From Eledone cirrhosa (lineage: Eukaryota), in assembly GCA_964016885.1 (NCBI GenBank), contig OZ024746.1, positions 100,750,001 to 100,814,000 on the forward strand: a stretch of 64,000 nucleotides of DNA. Reading direction: 5' to 3'. Position numbers and translations under genes: made by a program. This document shows, in pieces, positions 12,901 through 24,300 of this stretch; the first letter of the stretch is position 1, and the number at the start of each line of letters is the position of its first letter. The notes under the pieces are model-generated. The model searched no databases. It saw only the letters and a program-made list of their open reading frames with translations, and had not been told where the DNA came from.

Positions 12901-15900
12901 TACGTGTGTGCCAGATATGTGAGGGTATGTTTGTATATGTCTTGTTTCTTATCCTCTCCAGAGTATAATGTTCCTCTTTCTCCTACCTGTCAACACCAAT
13001 GCATCCTAAGTATGACTCATAGCCTAACGAGCACTTCAAACAAGTGTGGCTGTGAAAGGCAGGCAGATAGTCCTTCACGCATGAATGCACGCAATGACTT
13101 GACCAGATGAAGGATAGACATTGTTTTGTAAATAAACCAATTATATTATTGATAACGAACCAATGAGCGAAGACCGTGGAATATTACGTTGATGTATTGT
13201 GGTAAATATAAGAAGGGATTGGAAGATATTCATAGAACATCAGAGATGAGCTTACATATTGAAGCATATCTGAGAATCTTTCAATTCCAGAGTCAGGTTT
13301 GATCAATAATAGATCGTTCCTCGAGCTGATCGACAGTGAAACATGTGTAATATGTTATTAAATATGTTATGATGCAACACTGATTCTTTGTTCCTTTATT
13401 CTTATTCTATTAAAACTCTGCTCTACAAGAGCATTAGTGCTCACCCAGCATACCGCCTATGGACACAGTTATCTTGCACCTCTACACCTTTATATTTAAC
13501 GAAGGGTATTGGTAAGAAATTGTTAGATGGATTAACATGGTTGTTAGATGAAATAACAAGAATAGCTGATTTACTTTATATATAAAGGTTTACTTCACTT
13601 CAGTCAAAAAGAACAATAAACATATTACCACGAGTTGCGAAGGTTGACAATGTTATTTTAGCATAATGTTCCGATCTCTGTGTAAAAGATGGGAATATAC
13701 AGGCTTTATATACCTGTTGCTTTCTGTCTCCCACCTCGAGGGAATATACAGGCTTTATATACCTGTTGCTTTCTGTCTCCCACCTCGAGGGGATATACAG
13801 GCTTTATATACCTGTTGCTTTCTGTCTCCCACCTCGAGGGGATATACAGGCTTTATATACCTGTTGCTTTCTGTCTCCCACCTCGAGGGGATATACAGGC
13901 TTTATATACCTGTTGCTTTCTATCTCCCACCTCGAGGGAATATACAGGCTTTATATACCTGTTGCTTTCTATCTCCCACCTCGAGGGGATATACAGGCTT
14001 TATATACCTGTTGCTTTCTGTCTCCCACCTCGAGGGGATAGCCCATGCATGAACCTGTCCACACCGAAAAGGATGGTGACCTAGAATTTGACTTTTAGGT
14101 GTCACCCAGAGTTCAAGGCGTGGACAGATTTCGCTACACACACATATATATATATGTATATATATAATTAGTTACAAAATTTTGCTAGCTGTGTAACTCG
14201 GAGAAGTGGAATATACTCTGGCAACTGGCTTCAGGGAAACACTGTTTAAATACCTGCCTATCAAACTCACAAAGGCCAGCTGAAGGCCACATTAAAAGAT
14301 ACTTCCACAATGTGCCATGCAGTAGGATGGAATCTGAAACCACATGATTTTGAAGCAAACATCTTATCCACACAACCATGACTGTATCATTGAATGAATG
14401 AATATGTGTATTGAGTCTGTGTTGATCTATTTATATTTCATTCTATGTATATATAATTATAAATATGTGTTTTATGTTATTAGATCGTTTTTACATGATG
14501 CCTTGTACATGTAAATATGGCTACACTGGACATCTCTGCAATTTAAAGACTGATCTTTGCTCATCTAATCCTTGCTACCTTGGTGTTCTGTGCAACTCTT
14601 CACTTGGAGTAAAAGATATGTGTGGATCTTGTCCCACACCCTTGTATGGAAATGGTCGTGTTTGTTATGGCAAGTATTTCTATTCAATTTTATTTTCTTG
14701 TATTTCTAATAGAAAAGTGACCACTGAATAAATGCACAAAAAGAAGTGTATGATCAGTCACTATTGATTACAGTTGTATGATTATCAGAAAGAAATAATC
14801 TATCCATCGGTATTCAAATAAATATATTTAGAAAGCATATCTTATCTATGCTTGAACAAAGTAAATATTTCTAAGAGTTGTAATAAATAATAGGGTATTC
14901 AGAAGAACCGTGCAGATAGCAATGTAAAGATGGTACTGGGGTAAATGTTAAAACAAGATAAAATAATGTTTTTACTCAATATTTACAAAATTTACAAAAT
15001 ACTCATGATATTTCAAGGGAAAGAATTTTTCAAATGATGAACAATGAATGTAGAAAATGAAACATTCTGTTATCATGAACTTTTCCTTGTGTGTTGGTGG
15101 AAGTGTGACTTGCACTGACCAGTGGCTACTCTGCTCTATGTAGTTCTGATCTATTAGTGATTTGTAGCTTCTGTATGTTTATGATGAGAGCTTCCTTAAT
15201 TTGCAAATTCCCCACATCCTTCTCTATTGCCTCTATCGTAACCTCAATGTTTCTGTTGTGGCAGGGTATCTTTGAACAGAAGCACTCATAGTCATGTGTT
15301 TTACTAGTTGAGCACTAAAACATATAACAGTCAAATCTACAATTTAAGCACAACTTTATTAAGCAAAACATAAACAAGATAGAAAAAACAGTTTTTGACA
15401 TATGTCTAGATTTGTTTTCATTCACACAAACTTCAGTGAACTTTAACATGAGCCCCACTCATCAACTTAAAATGTATCAATTAAAACAATGAAAAAGTAA
15501 AATCTAATTAGTATCTGAGATATGGTATTTTAAAATCAAGGAAATACTTTGTGTTCACCCTTTATATCACTGAAAAAAATTAATTTCCAGAAACAAAAAA
15601 AATGTCTGCATTTGAGCTGTTACTATGTTAATTTCTTAACTTCGTCTCTGTGTAGTCCTTAGGGTGTCAGGAATAAATGATTTCGGAAATGTTTTTAGAA
15701 TTAAATGAATAAAATTTATTTAAGATTATTTTAAAATTATTTTATTCTTAATACAGATCAAGATTTCTGTTCCCAAAACGTTTGCAGTCAGAATTGTAAA
15801 GACAACATTGGAAATACATATGTTTGTTCCTGTAATGGCGGTTATAAACTTGCTGCTGACAATACAACATGTGAAGGTTAGTTTCGGTTTTTTTTAATCA

Positions 15901-18900
15901 TCGTTCAGCTATGTTAAGCTCTGTCATTTTTCTTGTCTTAAGATTTAAAATATTGAATCTGTAGTCTTTACCTGTAAGATGTCTCAGAAGATAAAATCTC
16001 TCTGGATAGTAAACCATTTTGTTGAGAGAATATAGTGATATGATCCTGTTAAACTAATTTTTGTTTATACTTTCATAAAGAAAAATCCCTTCTCTTTTGT
16101 GCATCTTTTTAAAGTTAAGCCAGTGTGCCTGCTTTGGGATAAAGATCTCTGTGAGCAGTTTCCTGAAGCCTTTCTACAGTTGTTAGATTTCAATGTTTTA
16201 ATATTCATTTTGATAACATAAGTTGGAGGGATTTGATGTACAAAATATTGGCAATTATCTCCGGCTTTTGTCATTTCAAACATGAAGGCCCAAATCTTAA
16301 GATCTAATTTCATCACTTTTTACTGTTCTATTCATATCACATACTTATCTATCTTAGCCATTTTTCCTGACAACACTTTTTAATCCTATGCTTATTTCAT
16401 TTTCATCAATCTTAAGTGAAACTAAATAACTGCAATGGTTAATGATAAACTCAATTGTTTCATTAGAATTCCTGTTTTATAATAAATTTAAATTCTTTGT
16501 GTTAGTCTGTCTCCAATGAATCTGAGTGACAATGGTAGCATAATAACTATAACTAGATATATACTGACTGTTTGACATAACTATAACTGGATATATACTG
16601 ACTGTTTGACACAATAACTATAACTACATATATACTGTCTGACACAATAACTATAACTGGATATATACTGACTGTCTGACTCCCATACTAACCTGAAACC
16701 CTCTCAGCTCGTCCTGATATAAGGAGGAATTAACAATCCTTTGTTCGATTCTGAAGAAATAAACTTGAAAGAAATTCTAGAACAATGGATAAGATATGGT
16801 GATGAATCAAACTTTGCTATAATCTTTGTGGTTTGCAGTTAGGAAAGATACATTAGATATGTAGTCACTTGACCAACTAGAAATAGCAACCAAATCTTCT
16901 TCAAATCATATTCTACAGCTTTAAAAAAAGAGGACCCAATGGATAATTTAATCCTAGATAATAGACTATGTCCCAAAGTAGAACAGTATGTTCATAGCTA
17001 AAATGATTTTGATCTTAGCTATGCTTAATTATAGCTGATTTGGATTAAACAATGATAATGGTTTCTCATTTAGCCACAAGGCCAACAATTTATGCAGACA
17101 AATAGATTAAATCAGCCCCAGTGCATTACTGGTACTTTATTTTATCGACCCTGTAAGATTAAAAGGCAAAACTAACCTCAGCGGGATTGAAACTTGGAAT
17201 GTAAAGGGCCATAATTCTATGCCACAAAGCATGGTGTCCGACATTCTACCTATTCTGCCAATCCACTGTTAAATAATAATGTTAGCAATTGGAAAATTAT
17301 CCATCTTTACATGTAAAATGTTTTTAAAAACAGCTCCACTTTTACAGTGATAAGACTGCAGTTATGTTATACACATTTATTATCTATTTTTCCTTTCTTG
17401 TAGATATTAATGAATGCAGTGTACCAGATAGATGTAACATTGTTGGTCAATATTGCCTCAACACACTGGGAAGTTTTCAATGTAAATGTATGAAAGGTTA
17501 TATTGCAAAAAATTCTACTTGTGAAATATGTAAGTGTTTCGAATTTATTTTGTATAAATTTGGCCTGTATTTGTATGTATATGTACGGATTTCATCATCA
17601 TTTAACATCCATTTTCCACACTATCATGGGTTAGATGGATTGTTCCCTTTGAGGCAAGTTGTATCAGGTGACCATGTTGTGCTCATATAGAACTGTTTCT
17701 GGCTTGGTTTCTACAGCTGGATGCCCTTCCTAATGCCAACCACATTTACAGTGTCAGCTGGGTGCTTTTTGTTGAGACATCTACATGACCATCTTACAGT
17801 GTGGGCTGGATGCTTTTTTGTTGTGATACCAACAGGACAACTTTACAGTGCAAGGGTGGTGGGAACAAGTGGGAGGGAGCGTGTGGGGGTGTATGAAGTA
17901 TAGTGGTTAAGAGGTGCCTACAAGATGTGTGTTTGAGTCCGTGTACATGGGAAGGCATGTCTTCTGTATTACTGCATAACACCAAAGATCTCGATCCTGT
18001 GTCATTGTTTTCGAGAGGTGCAATTGCGTACAGTCAGCTTTTATCACCTCATCCCAGGTCTTCTTGGGTCTCCCTACTCCAATGTTCCCATCAACTGTGA
18101 TTGCCCTGCACCTATTTATACAACTGTTGTCCTTCATACACATCACATGACCATACTAATGCTAGTTTCCTCTAGCATACAGCATCTGATCCCTCTTTGT
18201 CCCAACTTCTCTCTCAGTTCATTTACACTTTACTGTTCATGTATATTACTATTACACATCCATCAGAGCATGCATGCTTCATTTCTTTTCAGTCACACTG
18301 GTATACAACATTGTTGTTTGTATACATACATCATGCAAGCTGCCCTTCATTTTAAGGGAAAAACCTTTTGTAGCTAACAGCAGTATTAGCTGCCTGAACT
18401 TCTCCCATCCCGTTCTTACTCTGGCTACTGTACTTTCAGAACACCCTCCTCCACTGCTGATTACATCACCCAGGTAACAGAAAGAGTCGACTATTTTTAT
18501 AGAACCATCAGGGCATTTGAAGGAACAAGTATCCTGTGAGCACTTGCCACTTACTGCACCTGAGCATCAGCAGCATATAAAACCTATTCTTTTATATAGC
18601 TTAACTGTGATCCCACTACATCTTTTATGTACTCATAGCTTGCATTTGGGACATAGAATGGAATTCCTACCTACTTCTTTCCTGCACATTGAGCAAGGCC
18701 AATTCCCAAGGGAAATCTGGACCCTGTTTTCCATTCTACATACTAGTCTTTGACAGGTTAACTTTAAGACCGTTTGATTCTAGGCCATGTTTCCAGGTTT
18801 GGAATATCTTCTCTTATTCTGCCATAGTTTCAGCTACGAGAGTTAGATCATCTGCATACAGAAGTTCCCAAGGGCAGCCAGTCTTAAACGCTTCTGTTAT

Positions 18901-21201
18901 AGCCTCTAGGGTAATAATAAACAGGAGAGGGCTGAGGACAGAGCCCTGATGAACTCCTACCTGTACACTAAATTCTTCACTATCCTTCCTTCTCATCCCA
19001 CCCTCATAGCTGAGGGTTGGGGGCATGGACTTATGGACCAGCACTCTCCATCTTTTCCTGTCTCTTGCCATTGCCGTACAGTCCGCCAAACTCCTTCCTG
19101 TCCATTCCATAATATCATCTGTCCATCTCCTTTTCTGCCATCCCCTGGCCCATTCAAGGATGTGGGTAGTCAAATTTGGGGCCCTGATAACATGACCAAA
19201 CTACTGAAGTTTCCTTTTCTTTACAGTTTCAACCAACTGTCGATTGGCACCAATTTCTTCCAGGACAGATTCATTTGTTCTGTGAGCTGTCCAGCTAATT
19301 CTAAGTGCACACCTATAGCATGACATTTCAAACACGCTCAGTTGTTTCAAGTCAGATGCCTTTAAAGTCCATGACTCACAAACATATAGAACTACAGGCC
19401 ACACTAATGTTTCGATTACTTTCTTTTTGGTGGACTTTGTAAGAACTCTATCCTTCCAAAAGCTGCTGAGTGTGCTCAGGACTATTCTTGCAGTTACTAC
19501 TCTCATCCTTATTTCCCAGCTTCTCTCTGCCATCTGCTCAAGTATTGAACCAAAGTATTTGAACTTCTTGAGTTGTTCCATCCTTGCACCTTGGCACCGT
19601 ATGTTCATTTCTACCTTCTGTCTAGTTGCTGCCATTACTTTTGCTTTTTTGATGTTGATCTCCAGGCTATATTCTCTTGAAACTTTATCCAGCAGTGTTT
19701 GTAGATTTGCTGGTGAGTTTGCTATGAGCACTATGTCGTCAACATGCCACAGGATGTTGATCTCTTTCCTACCAACAGTAAGCCTGATCCAGGACAGCAT
19801 ATCTACTGACTTTCTCATCACCTCCTCAGAGTAAAGATTGACTACCATAGGCTACACCAGCCATCCCTGTCGAACTCCTCTGTTTACAGTGAACCATTCT
19901 GTGAGCTCTTTTGCCACTCTCCCTGCAGCTTGTTTCTCCTCATACAATTCTTTAATAATTTCCCCATTGTGCCATTCACTCTCATCCTCTTCAATACGTT
20001 CCAAAGTATTGAATATAATACAGAGTCAAATGTCTTTTTAAAATCTACAAATGCTAAATACAAAGGCACATTAAACTCCGTTGCTTTTTTGATAATTCTG
20101 ATATTGAAAATCTGATCCCTGGTCCCCACCTCTCTATGAGAATCTGCAGGAGGATCTTGCTAGTGTGGCTAATGAGAGCAATCATACGGTGTTCTGTACA
20201 TTTTGTTGTTCCAGTGATATTTGGTATGGTAATTAAAACTGCCTTCTTCCAATCGGGAGGCCACTTGCCTGTTTCTACAATTCTATTGTCACTATAGTCA
20301 TTGTTAATTCTAATCTTACTGACTGTTTCTTTATATATGGATTGTATAGCTCTCACAAGCCACTCGTCTACTCCTAGTTTTCTAAGAGGCCACCAGATAA
20401 TGGAGCGGGGGGACTCTGTCAAAGGCTTTCTCCAAGTCAACAAAATCTAAGTAGAGGAGTTTATTGTTAGCTAGGCACTTCTCCAACATGTGCCTCACAA
20501 GGAAGAGAGCATTTGTGGTACTTTTACCTGGCACAAATCCAAACTGCATTTCCTCAAGTTTAATCCAGTCCCTAATCAGCTGTGCAATGATTCTTTCTGT
20601 GACCCTTATGACTTGGTCAACCAACTTAATGCCTCTATAGTTTTCTCTGTCTAGAGCATCTCCTTTGCCCTTGACGATGATGATGCTACGCCAATCATTG
20701 GGTATGACACCATTTTGTATTGCTTGGTTTACAATACGGGTGACAATGGTGTGACCCACCATTCCAGATGCTTTCAACATCTCAGCAACTATCCCTGAAG
20801 GTCCAGCTGCCTTGCCTGAATTCATATCCTTGATTGCCTTACTTATTATACTGCAGCTGACTTGTACAGCTTGTCCCTCTGTTGGGTCAACGCTGTAATA
20901 AGGCCGTGTAGGAAACACGCTAAATCAGCTCCCAGTCCACACTGTAAATGTGGTTGGTGTTAGGAAATGCATCCAGCTGTAGAAAACCTGCCAGATACAG
21001 TCCGATACAAGCGAGACACGGTTAGCTGATCAATCTTGCCTCAAGTGGGACAATTCCCGTCTAACCCATGCTAGCGTGGAAGATAGGTGTTAAACAATGA
21101 TGAGGATAATGTTGATGAAGGATAATGTTGGTATTTAGTCCCCAATATTTACATCCCATTCTAATTTGTTTTGTTATTTATAAACAAATAGATGATGATG
21201 A

Positions 21202-21299
<98 letters not shown>

Positions 21300-21300
21300 T

Positions 21301-21383
<83 letters not shown>

Positions 21384-24300
21384 AAACACAGGATTCATTC
21401 TGGTTGATACACAACTGAGTGTAAAGAGGCCCCTTGGGGGGGGGGAGGTGTGGTGTGGTGTTGAGAAGGGGGGGGGGGTTGAGATGGTGGTGTGTTGTGG
21501 TGTTGAGATTGTGGTGTGGTGTGGTATTGAAATGGTGGTGTGTTGTGCTGTTGAGATGGTGGTGTGTTGTGCTGTTGAGATGGTGGTGTGTTGTGGTGTT
21601 GAGATGGTGGTGTGGTGTGGTGTAGTGTGGTGTTGAGATGGTGGTGTGGTGTGGTGTTGAGATGGTGGTGGTGTAGTGTGGTGTTGAGATGGTGGTGTGG
21701 TGTTGAAATGGTGGTGTGGTGTAGTGTTGAGATTGTGGTGTGTTGTTGAGATGGTGGTGTGGAGTTGAGATGATGGTGTGTTGTGGTGTTGAGATGGTGA
21801 TGTGATGTGGTGTTGAAATGGTGGTGTGGTGTAGTGTTGAGATTGTGGTGTGTTGTTGAGATGGTGGTGTGGTGTGGTGTTGAGATGGTGGTGTGGTGTT
21901 GAGATGGTGGTATGGTGTGTGGTGTTGAGATGGTGGTGTGTTGTAGTGTTGAGATGGTGGTGTGTTGTAGTGTTGAGATGGTGGTGTGTTGTAGTGTTAA
22001 GATGGTGGTGTGTTGTGGTGTTGAGATGGTGGTATGGTGTGGTGTTGAGATGGTGGTATGGTGTGGTGTTGAGATGGTGGTATGGTGTGTGGTGTTGAGA
22101 TGGTGGTGTGGTGTGTTGTTGTGATTGTGGTGTGGTGTTGAGATGGTGGCGCCCCCCAACATTAAATATCCCTATATATATATATTGTCAGCTGCTAACA
22201 GTGTTATATCTTCTCTATTATCAGTGACAAACAAAAATGTATTTTCTGGATCTCTGACAATAGCATTGCTGAATTATAAGGAAGGTCTTTTGACAGATAA
22301 ACTTACCAATAAATACAGTCAACAATATAACGACACAACTCAACTCATCGAACACTCAGTAAGTTCTTTATTTTCCTCTTTAATTTGTATTTTTTGGAAA
22401 CATCCTATTTTAGGTAGAAACATCGCATTTAAACCGGCTGTATACTATACAATACAATACTATACTATACTGTACTATACTACACTGTACTATACTGTAC
22501 TATACTATACTGTACTGTACTGTACCATACTATACTGTACTGTACTATACTATACTATACTATACTATACTATACTATACTGGCTGTACTGTACTATACC
22601 CTACTATACTATACTGTACTATACCCTACTATACTATACTGTACTATACTGTACTATACTATACTGTACTATACTATACTGTACTATACTATACTGTAAT
22701 ATACTATACTATACTATACCTTACTATACTATACTATATTGTACTATACTACACTATACTATACTATACTATACGATACAATACTATACTATACTATACT
22801 GTACTATACTACACTGTACTATACTGTACTATACTATACTGTACTATACTATACTATACAATATTCTACTGTACTATACTGTAAAATGTATTAATGTACT
22901 ATACTATACTATACTGTACCATACTATACTTTACTACACTGTACTATGCTGTACTATAATATGCTGTACTATACTGTAATATAATATACTATATTATACT
23001 ATACTATACTGTACTATACTATACTGTACCTCACTATACTGTACTATACTATATTTCACTATACTATACTGTACTGTACTATACTGTACTGTACTATACT
23101 GTACTATACTATACTGTACCATACTATACTGTACCATACTATACTTTACTACACTGTACTATGCTGTAATATACTATACTGTACTGTACTATACTATAAT
23201 ATACTATACTATACTGTATACTATAATATACTCTATATTGTACTATACTATAATGTAATATACTATACTATACTATACTATACTGTACTATACTATACTG
23301 TACTGTACTATACTGTACTATACTATACTGTACTATACTATACTGTACTATACTATACTATACTGTACTATACTATACTGTAATATACTATACTGTACTA
23401 GACTATACTATACTCTAATATACTATATTGTACTATACTGTACTGTACTATACTGTAATATACTCTATATTGTACTATACTATAATGTAATATACTATAC
23501 TATACTATACCTTACTATACTATACTGTACTATACTACACTGTACTATAATATACTATACTATACTGTACTATAATATACTATACTATACTGTACTATAC
23601 TATACTCTACGGTACTATACTGTCATGTAATAATACAAAGCAATGAACTCCATGTTCTTGATGAGACCAAAGTATTTGTTGGTTCCTTCGTAGCTCCCAA
23701 ACTTTACAATTGCCTCACTGTCCTTCAAACTAATCTTCATCATACAAAAACTTCGAATTGTGTCATTCTATTAGTTTCATCTCCTTCAAAAGCGCTTTAC
23801 CTATCACATTATTGTCCCAGTAGGGAGCCTCTATCAGATTTCTCACTCTGCATTTTTCTTCCATTGGTCATGAATCCTCTACAATATTGCTTGACCTGCT
23901 GGAAGGTTTAGACAAATCTCTCTAAAAACATATGCTAATATTTTGGAAATGGAAAGATATATTGGACAGTGTGGTCCCAGATGCATTATTTCTGAAAATA
24001 AGGGAGTTTGATGTATGATCTTTTATGTATTTAAGAAAACAAGGCACATGACTTAGTGGTTAGAGCATTGGCCTTGCAATCGAAAGGTTGTGAGTTCAAT
24101 TCTCAGACCGGGTGATGTGTTGTTTCCTTGAGCAAGACACTTTATTTCACATTGCTCCAGTTTACTCAGCTGTAGAAATGAGATGATAAGGACTGGGGTC
24201 CATATCATTCCACTGCAAAGTGGTCGTGGAGGTGCCACGGCAAAAAAGCACCCAGCACTCACTGTAAATGAGGTTGGTGTTAGGAAGGGCATCCAGCTGT

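Noticed and set aside
13320-13350. CTGATCGA...GAAAC hammerhead-like motif
   Set aside because: The core has an extra base, and no stem II or stem I pairing is evident.
21125-22979. Poly-D/H/R/S/T and Tyr-rich ORFs
   Set aside because: Translations of micro- and minisatellites; only 22225-22358 is exonic.
24043-24115. tRNA gene
   Set aside because: A/B boxes run straight into SINE core and tail, with no complete cloverleaf or terminator.
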